From contig CM119263.1 in assembly GCA_051294375.1 (NCBI GenBank), forward strand, positions 3,311,232 through 3,375,231: a DNA stretch of 64,000 nt. The letters are read 5' to 3'. The first letter of the stretch is position 1; each line of letters starts with the position of its first letter. Both the position numbers and the translations under genes were made by a program. Positions 51,584-64,000 of the stretch are shown here, in pieces. Origin of the DNA: Paraspadella gotoi. Lineage: Eukaryota; Animalia; Chaetognatha. The notes under the pieces are model-generated. The model saw only the letters and a list, made by a program, of their open reading frames with translations. It did not search any database and was not told where the DNA came from.

Positions 51584-52471
51584 ACAGCCGGGTTGCCTGT
51601 GACGCCCATTGGAATAGAGCATCTCACTGTTGTCTTTCGGGGATTTCGACCCTCAGTTACACCTCTTGTCACTGGCGCGTTTCCCTAGGACAGTTCGCAT
51701 TGCCACGCAGAGGGATGTCGTTAGGACTACTGGAGTAAGGCGTTAGTAAAATCCTAAGTTTAACTTTAATTAAAAATTCTAAAAGTGAGGAACGAACAAC
51801 ATTATATTTATGAACATTTATGATATAAAAAAAATCTATAATAAATTTTACAATTTACGCAGTAGCGCCATAATTTATACTAGTACTAAACCAATAAATG
51901 TTTAAAATTTCAAAACAGTTTTTTCTAATATCTTTTTTTGCAGATTTGGATTCGTCATAAGAAAGTTGGATGAAAAGAAATATAACTCTTTTTGAAAAAT
52001 TCCTTCATTAAGTGGGCGTCAAAAATTAGAAAAGCTATATTTTAAATGAATTTAACTTTTTATATATTAAATATAGTTTTTTATAATTTTTAACCTACTT
52101 AATGAAAGAATTTTTAAAAAATTAATTATATTTTCTCTTTATCAACTCTTTGACGAGGAATTCAAATCTGCAATCAAAAATAAGAAAAGCCTATTTTGAA
52201 TTTTTTTCGATTTTATAAGGATAGTACTATATATAAAATATAGCCTACTGCCGAAATTAAAAAACATAAAATTAATTTTTTTTACAAATTAATGTTCACT
52301 GATGGTATGTTGTTCATAATTGACTTTTAGAATTTTCGTATGTAACTTTCACTACGCCTTACTATGGAGTATGGATGGAACATAACGCCTGAAATGGTGT
52401 GTTCCCCTCTGAAACCAATGGGCATTGCCTGAACGATAATGGTCCGTGGGCGGTGTTAATATACCGCTACA
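51584..52471 (-). mobile_element. Second copy of the ~260-bp repeat, interrupted by a foldback element (~51728-52373)
   Basis: Flanks match 8560-8647 and 9264-9426 in reverse complement; insert ends AGTAAGGCGTTAGTAAAA / TTTCACTACGCCTTACT. Confidence 0.65.
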
Positions 52472-52892
52472 GTATATATTCCCCCCTTTTAAACCTTAAT
52501 TCTATTACAAAAAAATCTAAAGCCAACGATTAATTTGTTTCAATTTTAATAATTAGTTAGGGCGAAAAGAGACAAACATATTCAAGTACAAACCAACCAA
52601 GTGAGAAATATTAAAAAATAAACCAATTAAAAATAATTAAGCGATTTCGAGAAATAAACGAGCACGAAAACTGTGATATCATTTTGAGCATTTTTATAAT
52701 CGAAAACGGAATATAGTATCATTATGAACGCAAATCAAAAATAGAGCAACGGAAAGCGACAAGAATTCGATTAATTTCTAACGATTTCAAGATTATTTTC
52801 GTTAAAAAAAGATTGTTATGCAAGAGATTCCAGTTTTATTCATTTTTAAATCGGGATTCTCCCTTTTGTTTATTTGTTTATTTGTTTCCTAA

Positions 52893-55421
52893 TCATCCGC
52901 GAGAGACGACGTCGTCGTCGGCAGCTGCGGCGGCGCTGCCGGTCCCGCCGAATTCCGTCTCCTGCTCCGTCGGCGACGACACAGCGCTCTTCGATTCGTC
53001 GCCGATCGAATCCGCGATGAACGTTTGTTTCAGCGACAACAGCACAGACTTGTTCCGCGGCAGCAGCCGCCGCGCACTGTCGCCTACCGACGACGCAGGA
53101 GAACTCGGTTCCGCGGCGCCGCTGAGGCAGGCCTGACGCCGCCGCGTCCTTCTGGACAGCAGCGGCGCCGCCACTTCGCCGTCCTCTTCGAGCGAAGCCC
53201 TCGAAGCGGCGCTCTTTGGCGAGCCGTTTCGGCTGAGGCTGTCTGATGAGGCGAAGAGGCCTTTGGTCCATCGATCGTAGCGAAGTTCGAGGGTGTACGA
53301 GTCTGGATTGAAGTAGGAACCCGGTTGATCGTTAAGATGTTGCAAGTCGTAGTCGTCGTATTCGAGATCTGTCAATCCGCCGGCCTCTGACGGCGTCGTG
53401 CTCAGACCCGTCGCACTGGACGGGCTCTTCCCGCCCCCGCTGAGGAGAGGGTGGAGATTCATGACGCGGACGCCGCGTTTGCGGAGGGGCGTGTCCGGGA
53501 CGGCGTCTGTAGAGGGCGAGGGAGCGGCGTTGGTGGGGAGAAGTTTAGATGATGCGTCGATCTCACCATCGGTCGACGGCGTTTCTGGGGTTTTGGGCGT
53601 CGTGGTCGCTTTCGGCGTCGTCGTCGTCGTCGCTTTTGGCGTTGTCGTCGTCATCGTCGCCTTCGGCGTCTCCGCCACGAGATCGAAGCTTCCCGGAGAT
53701 TCTTCTTTGTCTCCGCCGCAACTCGGCGTCGGGTGATCAGTTCCACCGCTAGGCGGCGACCTCTCGCCGATCGGCGCCTTTCCAGCGCAGGTTTTGTGGC
53801 GCGCGTAAGGAGATCCGGCGTCGTTAGCTCTACCAGGGCCAGGCTCTCGGTGCCTGATTATGAGCGGGAATCCCAGAGTGTCAGGCGGAGTCGGACGAGG
53901 GAGTTTGGGGCGCGTCGAGGGTGGAGAGGGTCGGGGGTCGTGGGGGGAGACCTCCGAGGGGGCGTTGGGGGTGATGAGGGCACGATGGGTGATGACGTGA
54001 CCCTCGTTGACGGGAGTCTTGGCGTTGGGGGACAGCGGAGTGACGCCGCGTGACGCTAGCGTCTCCGCCGTCGGGGTAATCAGGTCTTTCTCGTCCAATG
54101 AGTTTCGTCCCATCGGAAGTGGGCGTGTCCCGTTGGGACGAGAGCGACGCTCCAAACTCTCGTGTTCTCGACTCGGGGACAAAGGGACGTCCACCCGCTC
54201 ATCGTCGGGCGTCATGCGCTTGCCCTGGATTTAATGGGAATGGGAAATGGGAAATGGGATGGGGATGGGAAATGGGATGGGGATGGGAAAGGAGTGGCTA
54301 AGTCTATGAAGAAAGAAATTGAAAATGAAAAAAAAATTAGTGGAACTCAAAGTGAATTAAATTAAAAACAAAAACGTTAACCAGGATTAACCAAAATGAG
54401 AAAAAAATAACATAATTGATTATGTATTTTAGAGAGAGAGGGAGAGAGAGATTAGAGAGAGATTAGAGAGAGAGAGAGCGAGACAAAGACAGAGACAAAA
54501 AGTACAGCCTCCCTCACCTGGTGATGCTGACTTCCGCCGTCAGCGGCGCAGCGTTCACCTTCTTCGCCGTCGCCGCTGCGCTTTTCCTTCCTTCTGCCGC
54601 TGCCGCCGCGGCGCAGCTTTCCGTCCGGGTCACGTGATTGGTGAGGGTCACCCTCTCCCTTGTCACCCGAAGCTTCGGGCCTCACTGCCTGTCGGTCCAG
54701 TTCCTAAGGTAAGTTCGAAGGGTGAGTTCTCGAGACATGCGTATTATAGCGATCGAACAAATATATCTACAATTATATTTATTAAAATAGTTAACACTTG
54801 ACCTCTTTCCATCCTCACCTGAGACGGAGATCTCTTCCTCCTCTCTCTCCTCCTCCTCCTCGGAGATTCCTCCCCTCCTTCCTCCTCCCTTCTTCTCCTT
54901 CTCCTTCTGGGAGAATCCTCTCCCACTTCCTCTCTCCTTCTCCTTCTCTCTCGAGAGTCCTCTCACCACTTCCTCTCTCCTCTCCTTCTTCTCCTAGGGA
55001 ATCTTCCGCTTCTCCTCTCTCCTCCTTCTCTCTCTCCTAGGGACTCCTCCACCCCTCCTCCTCCTCCTCCTCCTCCTCCTCTCCTCGCGTCGGTGACGTG
55101 GCGGTTTTGACTTTGTCTCCTTTCGTGTCCGCCATTTTTTTCTTTTCGTCGATTCGTTGACATTTTCAAAACTTCCATGTACCTTTTGTTTTTTTTTTTG
55201 AATCGAGAGAGAGGGGAGGATCGAAGATGACGGTAGAGGAGGCGTGGTTGGGAAAAAGAGGGAAAAAAGGGCAAGATTATATATTGAGCGTAGATATATT
55301 ATTATTAAAAAAAAAAAAGCCAGAAAAAAAAACACAATTTCTTTTTATTTCCGAATTCTTCTGCATCTCTGACAAAGTCCAAAAAATGTCAAGCGAGGAA
55401 AAGTTTTTAATTTAGCCAGGC

Positions 55422-55456
<35 letters not shown>

Positions 55457-58400
55457 AGAGAAGAGAGAGGAGAGAGAGACCAAACCCGTTCACAGGTAAT
55501 AGAGACATAAGATAAAAGCTCACCTATATCGATCTTCCCGTAAGACCACCGCGTTCCTAAAGCGTTACAAATGGTCACGTCCGCGCGCCATACTTAAAGC
55601 GCATGGCGAGAGCACCATGCTCCGGCGCGACGCTTCAAAAACACGTCCGAGGAAAACCTTTAAATCTAGTTTATACCTCTTGAGAGATCATATAAACAAA
55701 CATCCTTTGACCAAAAAAATCGAAATGGAAAATTAATTTCATTTTTAAAAAAATAATAAAAAAATGAAACAAAACAAAACTAACAACAAAAAAATGCGAC
55801 GAAAACGAATCGCGTCCGTAAGGTTGCTCTTGGAACTGCTCTTACCTTTCGACGCTGCCCTTGGTGCCCTTGGTGCCCTTAGCGGCCAGCGGGGCTGCGG
55901 CGCCCTTAAAGAGATCCGGGTCGTGAATCCAATCCGTCGGTTTCGCGTTGGCGTGGTACGGATTCATCAACGACATTGGCGCCGGCCTGACGGCGGAAAG
56001 AATATTATCATTATGAGTTAGTCTTTTGTTAATTATTAATTAAAAAGTTTGGAAATAGTATAACAAAAATATTGCTTCTTTTTTTTTAACATTAAGCAGC
56101 TTAAAATTCTTTATTTCTCTAGAAGTCCCTCGATAAATTATAAAAAAAAAGCAACGACATGTATTGACATTAAAAAAAACTATTGCCTATTTTGACTTAC
56201 ATCCTAACATCCTACTTACTTACCTACCTACTAACTTACAGCCAGTTAAACTTACCCGTTGGGGCTTTTGGGTGAGGACGAGTCTTTCGAACTCTTTGAT
56301 TTATTTTGACTCCGTCTTTCCGATTTCTCGTTGACAGTCGGAGGCGCAAGTCCGGGCACGCCACCTGTAACGCCACCGACGGCGCCTGGCGGAATCTCGA
56401 TGGCGTCGCTTGAGGAGAAAAGAAAGAAATAAAAAATTAAAACAAACAAAATGACAATAGGATTTAAGAAACGGTAGAGAGCCAACGAACCACTTGGCGG
56501 AAGGATTTCCGGTGGGCGTGGTCGCCGTTGATTTGCGCTTCGACTGTCGCCCTTGACCGACGAGGTTCGAACTCTGTGACTGATTCATTCTTTGAAATGG
56601 CTGATAAGGGTAGTGACCTCTACCGTACACGCCTGGAGTCAGGGTAAGTTAGGGTTGTATAATTTAGGAAAATATTTAAAAATGTATAGATTCGATAAAT
56701 CTTTTATTTAAAAATGTATAGATTCGATAAATCTTTTATTTAAAAATGTATAGATTCGATAAATCTTTTATTTAAAAATGTGCAGATTTAATAACTCTTT
56801 AAATTTTGTTTTGTTCGACCCAATTCTCTCACCGGGATAAGAGGTGACGCTGCCAGGGTCACCCGGAAAGAAGAGATGATCGGCCGGAACGCCACCTGAC
56901 GCGAGGATGCTCGTCTTGGAGGAATGTTTGGACGCTCGCCGACAGGTGCGTTGGTGAATGATGAAGATCACCTGAGGTAATGGAGGGTATGGTAAGGAGT
57001 TAAGAGAAACTCACACTTCGCGTACTTACCGTGGCCAAAACTATGGTGCCGCATAATACTATTCCAACTATGGTAAGTGTGGAATCCCAGATGTTGCGGT
57101 GATAGATGGAGTAAGAGGATTCGGCTTGGAACAAGGATGTCGTGTTGTCCACTGAAAAAGAAAATAATTATTATTTTTTTTTTCCGTCTAAATAATTCAC
57201 AATGAACTGAAAGCACACTTTTTAAATACTAGGGCCGCGGCTTGACCAAAGGATATCCACTGGATATTAAAAATGAAAGAATAAATGAAATAAATTAAAT
57301 AAACTAATTTTATCAATGAATTTTTCAACGAAACGAATGAGATAAAATTAATAAATGAATATTGAACCTAACTGAACACCTAATAGAATGAACTGAATTA
57401 ATTATAATATATCAAATTAATGATCGCTCCCAATCAACTACTCAGATTCTCACTTCCTCGACCCAACTCACGAAAGGTGACGTATCTGGCCGTGAATCCC
57501 CTCGACGACGACGAGGCATCCTCAACGAGCGACTGGAACTCGAGCCGCAAGACGCTGGAGGTGGACTGCAGCGGTTGCTGCGGCGGCGTAGAACCCGTCC
57601 GCAGCAGCAGCAGGCGGGAGGTGGACTTTTCGCCGTTGCGGACTTTGACCCATTGGGAGGCAGGGTCGAGATCGAATCGGTCAAAGGTCAGTTGGATGAC
57701 CTGGTGAGATAGGGTAAGGAATAGGGTAAGGAAAATTTACTTGGTTTACAACTTGTCGCTGTAACCTAGAGTATAAAGTGAAAAATTATGTAATGCATAT
57801 AATTCTTTGTATCATGATTGTCAATATGAGAGAATGAGAGAATTTTGCCAAAATAGAATGTTAGAGGGTCTAAATCTTAATGTCATTTAAAGTTTTGTTA
57901 TGATTGTCTAAAATGTCATTAGCGAATTTTCCCCAACTCTCTAGATTTAGAACAATCGCATCAATGTGCTGCAATAGGAAGCAGCGATTTCCTCCTCGTA
58001 TTCGGAAACATTCAAGTCGAGAAAGAATTCCTAATTAGGATATAATTTAGTTAAACGTCGCGCACCTTTCCCGGAAGAGTCCTAACAAGCCAAACGGCGA
58101 ATCCTCCAGGACAATCTCTCGAGGGTTGAATCGCCCCGTCGGCGTCCTTCATTGTGCAGCCGCAGGCGCAGCGCCGATCGCTCGGTGGCTGCGGCAGTGG
58201 CGGCAGCGTTGTTATCACTACAGAATAGAATATATTAGCAATAAAACATTTTTCGATAAAATCCCATTTAATTCTAATATCTTTATATAAAAAATATTTA
58301 ATCAAGATCCAAAAATAATATTAAATCTTTAAGATTAAGCCAATAGTTTTAAGCGCCCACTATTTATTTTTTACGCCATTATGCAAATGAAATTAAAGTA

Positions 58401-61400
58401 TATTTCATTGACTCCCCACCATGACAGGGTTTGTTGACGCAGACGACAGCCTCGACAGCGTTTCCCGCGGCAGAATGCGCCGCCGTTCGCCGGGGGCGGG
58501 TCGTTGCAGTAACGGAAACCGGGGAATTCGGGTAGCCTACCGACAGCTGGAGGTGGCAGGACCGCCACCCGCTCATTGGGACAGGACCCGTCGATGGCCG
58601 GTTCTGAAAGGGGGGGTGGGAGAATTGGATATTTTTAAGAGAGAAGGTGAGAAAGTGTATGGGAACGAGGACCTGACAAATCTCTTTCTTTCTTTTCTTT
58701 CTTTCTTTCTTTTTCTTTTTCTCTCGACCAAAAGCAATTAAANNNNNNNNNNTTTAAAGAGAGAAGGTGAGAAAGTGTATGGCAACGAGGACCTGACAAA
58801 TCTCTTTCTTCCTTTTCTTTCTTTCTTTCATTTTCTTTCTCTCAACCAAAAGCAATTAAAGGCGAATATTAAACCAATTTCTCGGTTTATGTTGACAAAG
58901 GTTCACCAAACGAAATCCTTTCTTATTTGTTCGATCTAATTCAAACCCTCGAAGTAGGAAAAAAAAGGATAAAAGGAATAAAAGTCGTGAAATTCGATTC
59001 TATTCTTGGCCGAGATTTGAGAATTCCTTTTTACGTCGGCAGTCGGCGATTGTCCTTTTGTTTATCACGACTTTATAGTTTTAGAGGGAAGAGAGAGACA
59101 TTAGGCGGGAACGAGGAGAAAGAAAGAAATGATAAAATGATAAATAAAAAATAAAACTTACACTGCTTATGAATAGGAAATCGAAAGTGATACGATTCAG
59201 ATTTACATATACATAAATCGGATTACTATTAACTAAACGAAATTCTAGGGTAAGATTGAATACGAGCTCTTTGACTTACCTCTTTCTGAGAGGGTGGGAA
59301 CGCAGAAAGTTTTAAGTTCAGTCGCTTCACCGTTCATCGCTGTGCTGACGTATTTGAAACAGTAGCCTTGAGAAAACACCGAATAGCTAAATTAGTAATT
59401 TTAAGTTTTATTTTATACTTACTGTTTTTAAAGGCTAACTTACCTGGAACTGAATCGTGAAAGAGGTTGCAGGGGAAGAGAATATTGGTTCTTCCGGCCC
59501 TTACCCTCCTTTCGGTCACGTAAGCAAGTCTCACTGGATTGATGGCCGCTCCGTAATTCGCCGTCTAAATTGTGAAAGATATAATGTTAACTTGTTAAGA
59601 ATGATGAAGAAATTAAAGATTATTTATGGAGAAGTGTCACGTATGGTTTATTTCATATCTCATTGCATATTATTGCAGTTTATACTATTTCTCGTTTTCT
59701 AACGAGTCAACATAATGCCCCTGTCCCTATATTCACTTATCGAGATTAATGATTTAAAAAATATATTAAGAGTTTAACTGAACCTTACCTGTTTAAACAG
59801 CCTGATCTTGTCATTGCCGTTAGTGTTGCAAGGAGGGTAAACGAATTCCACCTCGAAAGAACTGTCGCAGGGAAAGATCGTCTTAGCGAAGGAGCTGATG
59901 GAGTAAGCTTCGCTCCACTCGACATAGACGACGTCTGATGACGCGACTTGTAGGAGCGACGACGACGATACGGCAGGCGGTTCGGTCTTGAGCACCGCCT
60001 GATAGTAGCCAGCCTGATCGAACCGTTGGCATCGAATGGCCAGGTCGTCTTCCAACACTTGTTTTAACTGGATTAATTGAGAAATCATTTATTAAAAATG
60101 GTTTATTTTCTAACTAAATTGAATAAGCAACATTTACGAACCTGAGTAATCTCTTTATGGAATTTGACCTCCGGTGTCCAATCTGGGTTGGGAATGGACA
60201 TGGTTCGGTTGTCATGGTGATACATGAGGTCGACCCAAAACTTTTGTCGGTCGCTGACGGGACCGCAGTTGACGGCGTCGCTGCTGAACCGCAGCGTCAC
60301 CGCCTTTGTCAGCGCTGCGGCGGAAAAGTGGAAGTGACGGGAATTATTGAAAAGATTGAGTTATTATAATTTATAAATTTAATAAGTTATAAAGTAGTTA
60401 TAATGTTAAGAAAAACATAAATAAACGGATAATTTTTATATTGGTTGTACCAATTTCATAAAAAGAAAGAAAAAATGCCATGAAATAAATTTTTAAAAAT
60501 TGGGGAAAAAGAAATAAAGAAAAAAGCGATAGCAATTGAATGTCAGTACTAGAGCCTCTTAATACCTAAATGAGATCGAGGAAGTGTAATGCTGATTCGG
60601 GGCCAAGAGGCTTCAACGACTGGGGATTCAGCCAAGATTTCACCTCTTGCGTCGGGACTTCCTTCCCCGCGAAGAATCACTTTGAATTTTCCCGCGAAGG
60701 CAATTATCCCGCAGTGAAATTTTACCTACGAGAAAAACAAAAAGACAATGAAGGATCAAATTTAATTTGAGAGAAAGATGGGAAATTGCCCATAGTCTTA
60801 ATTTCGACCATGTTTATGTAAAAAAAAAACAACTTAAAATCAGATAATTGGACATTGTCAAATACCGTAGACGAGCAGACAATCAGACAAGTGAACAAGG
60901 AGACGGTCGCGTATGTTAAAAGCCTTTACGCTTTTTTCGCCTTTTGTCTTTTATCTCATTTATGACCTTTAAGGATAATAACCCAATTCCCTGACAATTG
61001 ACATTTAATTCAATTAAATTCAATGTCTTAATTAAGTTTTATTTTCCTTCTGTTTAACCTCGTATACTATTTTTTTTTTAAGCATTGGAATTTTAGGAAT
61101 TATTTTAATTATTGCCGTTTTATCTATTTTTTTTGGTTTTAAATTCGGGCATTTTATTGTTCACTTTAATTCCTCTTCACTAAAGTTTAGTCTAAACCTC
61201 ACACAAAAAACGAACTCACCTCAAATTTAAAACAAAACAAAAAACAAACAAACAAACAAAACAAAACAAAAACTCACCTGTCCCTCGTTTTTTCCTTTGA
61301 CCAAATTGATTTTGTGAAAGACGATCGTTTCATTCGCTGCGCTGACGAGTTCCAACGCCGCGTCAGACGCTACGGCGCCGCCGCCGCCGCCGCCGCCGCC

Positions 61401-61600
61401 TTCTGACGGCCCCAAGCTGTAGGCGACGACCAGATCGCCGCCGAAGACGACGTAAGTCGATGGCGCCGTCAACCGGAAGTTGGAAGACGACGCCGCCGAC
61501 GCCGAAGCCGACAAAGTTCGGCTTTTGTCGGTAAGAGAGGAGGAAGAGGAGGAGGAGGAGGAGGAGGAGGAAGATGGCGGAACGGCTCGAGGTGATGAGG
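52893..61600 (-). CDS. Golden goal/THSD1-like single-pass receptor (Cys-containing GOGO-like region, TSP1, CUB, TM, long cytoplasmic tail); first exon not identified
   Basis: Exons 61600-61278, 60725-60566, 60314-60142, 60067-59789, 59564-59444, 59366-59280, 58603-58420 (TSP1, frameshifted), 58217-58066 and 57700-57472 (CUB: IQLTFDRFDL..VKVRNG..LRLEFQS..RGFTARY), 57151-57030 and 56971-56833 (TM TLTIVGIVLCGTIVLATVIFII), several small tail exons, and last exon 54224-52893 with DLEYDDYD..PGSYF. Confidence 0.82.
56674..56781. repeat. 32-bp tandem repeat, ~3.4 copies
   Basis: ATTTAAAAATGTATAGATTCGATAAATCTTTT repeated. Confidence 0.9.
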
Positions 61601-62852
61601 CTGTGGAAAGAAGTTTTAAAAAAATATTTAAAAAGAAGTTATGAAACAAAATCTATTAATTGTTTTAAATTTCGTTTTAAAATCTGAAACGGTTTTTTTT
61701 GATGATTAAAACAGTTTTTGAGTTTTCTGTTTTGAGTTTTATATTATTTTTGTTATATTAGGATGTTTCATGTTTTTCATATAATTTTCTATAAAATTTG
61801 TGTTTTATTGGTGTCTATTTTTTTACTTTTCTCTTAATTTTATTTTTTTTCTTAAGTTTTTTTCTTTTTCATCTTCTCTTCTCTTTTCTTCTCTTCCCTT
61901 TTCTTCTCTTCGCTTCTCTTTTCTTCTGTTCTCTTATTTTATCTTCTCTTTTCTTCACTTCTCTTTTATTCTCTTATCTAATTTTCTTTTTTTCTTCACT
62001 CTAATCCAAACAACAAAATTCGCTCCTGATGAGTTCGTAATGATGCATAAAGTCGAACCCTTGAGAAGAAGAGGAAGAGGAGGGGAAGAGGAGGGGTAGG
62101 AAGAGGAGGAGGAGGAGAAAAAGTGGAAGAAGATGAGGGGAAGATGAGGGGTAGGAAAAGGAGGAGGAGGGGACGGGTAGGAAAAATGGAGGAGAGAAAC
62201 AAAGAGGAGAAAGAAGGGGAGGAACGAAAGAAGAACAAGCGAGGAAAGGAAAGAGATCAAGAAAGAAGAAGATGAAGAGGAAAGGAAAGAGATCAAGAAA
62301 AAAAAATAAAAAGAGGAAGAGGAAAGGAAAAAAAAAGAAAGAAAAGAGGAAGAGGAAAGGAAAGAGATAAAGAAAGAAGAAGAGGAAGGGGAAAGGAAAG
62401 AGATAAAGAAAGAAGAAGAGGAAGAGGAAAGGAAAAAGAAAAAGAAAGAAGAAGAAGAGGAGGAAAAAAAGAAAGAAGAAGAGGAAGAGGAAAGGAAAGA
62501 GAAAAAAGAAGAGAAGAAAGAAGAGGGAAGAGGAACGGGAAGAGAAAGAGGAGAAAGGAAAAGTCAAGGTGAGGCTGAAGTCGATGGGTTAAAGGAAGGC
62601 GGGGGGGAAGAGGGGGGGAAGAGGGGGGGAAGGGGGGGGAAGAAAGGGGGGGAAGGGGGACGGCGTGAAAGCGTGAGAGAGAGATAATGGAAGTAGAGCG
62701 AAAAGATGGGGAGAAGAGGAGAAGAAAAGCGAAGAGTTTTCGTATAGGACCAGGAAGAGAAAATGAAGTGCTTACGATGAATACGCAATACAGTTTGTTA
62801 TAGAAAGAAAAGAGAAGAGAGAGAGGAGAGAAGAAGAGGAGCAGAGAGAGCA

Positions 62853-62883
<31 letters not shown>

Positions 62884-64000
62884 ACCCAAACAAACAAAAA
62901 AATAAAACCAAAATCAAACACGAAACAGACGAGACCGAATTCCGTCGTGGTGAACCGTGACGCTTCACATCGCCTCACAAGAAAATAGACCATGGCCAAA
63001 AAGTGATTCCTCCAAGTCTTCGCAGAATCGGAGAGTCACTTAATCGAAACTCAAACTCCTTGCACACTGATCGTTGCACCGTGAAATTTAGTTTTTAACT
63101 CGTTGTCTTGAATCGAAAGCCAGAAATAAACAAAGTTAATTAAAAGTTAAAAGTAAACAACGTTGATTTAATTAAGGTGGGAGAAAGTAAATTAAGGTTT
63201 TTAACGCTTTGAATGAAATAAAGATGACGAGTCTAAACGATTGCCAGAGATCAAAGGAGCATCACTCTTCTCTCACATCGAACTCTCGCATCTCACTAGA
63301 CTTGACCATTGACCATTGACCAATGCCAAATCAACCCAGCTGCTGCTTCCCTGCCGACCTCACTCTTTTCCTTACCCTCCCTTTCAATCCCTCTACTCGT
63401 CCCTTCTCCGTATGTTTTAATAATCGTGTCTCGTCTAGCTTTATCATTATATTCGTTTTTCATACATTCCATGAGTAAATTTCCGAATTTTCCTATTCAA
63501 ATCTACGTTAATTTGTATTTTGACTAGATTTCTGATTCCAGCGCTCCATTAATTAAAATAATAATTTAAAATACTTTTCGATGTATGAATTTTCTTAAAT
63601 TTCTTTTTTTCCACAAATTCGTAGAGAGAAGTTTTTCGCCTTTTCTGATTTTTTTTTCTTATTTCCCACCGTCGGTGAATTGATCGCACCCCGATTTATC
63701 ACACTCCAAATCATCACACCGCATTTACTCACACCCCGAGATGCCCTCCTCTTCTTCGCTACCGCGGGAACGTTAATCCCACCTCAGGGACCCACCCTTT
63801 CCAAGTTCTAATCCACCTGACCCTTACGAGATCATCCGATCGGGTTTCTTTGTTGTCGTTGTTGTTGTCGTTGTTATTTATCAGTTGAGCGGCAAACCGA
63901 AGGAAAACGAGACTCAAGACTATTTGATTGATTTGAGGTCGGGTAAGTCAAAGGTAAAGTTTTACTTTTACATATATGAGTGACATGGTGATGGGCGGAT

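Noticed and set aside
62027-62065. CTGATGA-GTTCG..CGAAC hammerhead-like start (similar at 24506, 36475, 53245)
   Set aside because: No GAAA plus helix III and cleavage triplet follows the stem.
62772-62999. First (signal peptide) exon of the Gogo-like gene
   Set aside because: The obvious donor gives phase 2 whereas the next exon needs phase 1, and the ORF runs through a microsatellite; left unassigned.

Overview
Animal (probably invertebrate) nuclear DNA with AT-rich introns, many (GA)n/(GAC)n microsatellites and four assembly gaps. Five spliced protein genes were reconstructed by hand. (1) The tail of an unconventional myosin XV-like gene (+, <46-37098; MyTH4-FERM-SH3-MyTH4-FERM; motor domain lies upstream of the window). 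(2) A secreted, catalytically dead trypsin-family homolog (-, 19133-22988) nested in one myosin intron. (3) A divergent Q50 homeobox gene (-, 27330-30123) nested in another; both host introns interrupt the second MyTH4 domain. (4) A RAI14/UACA/ANKRD24-type ankyrin coiled-coil gene (+, 43915-49480). (5) A Golden goal/THSD1-type receptor (-, 52893->61600). An intact-looking selenocysteine tRNA gene with an upstream TATA box (2970-3056) sits in an early myosin intron. Two minimal type I hammerhead ribozyme motifs lie on the + strand: one caps a ~62-bp perfect-like hairpin (27630-27789), the other is ~660 nt downstream of the myosin stop (37759-37792). Several small mobile elements, splice-donor-seeded tandem repeats and probable consensus indel errors were also seen. 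All family assignments rest on recalled motifs, not database searches.
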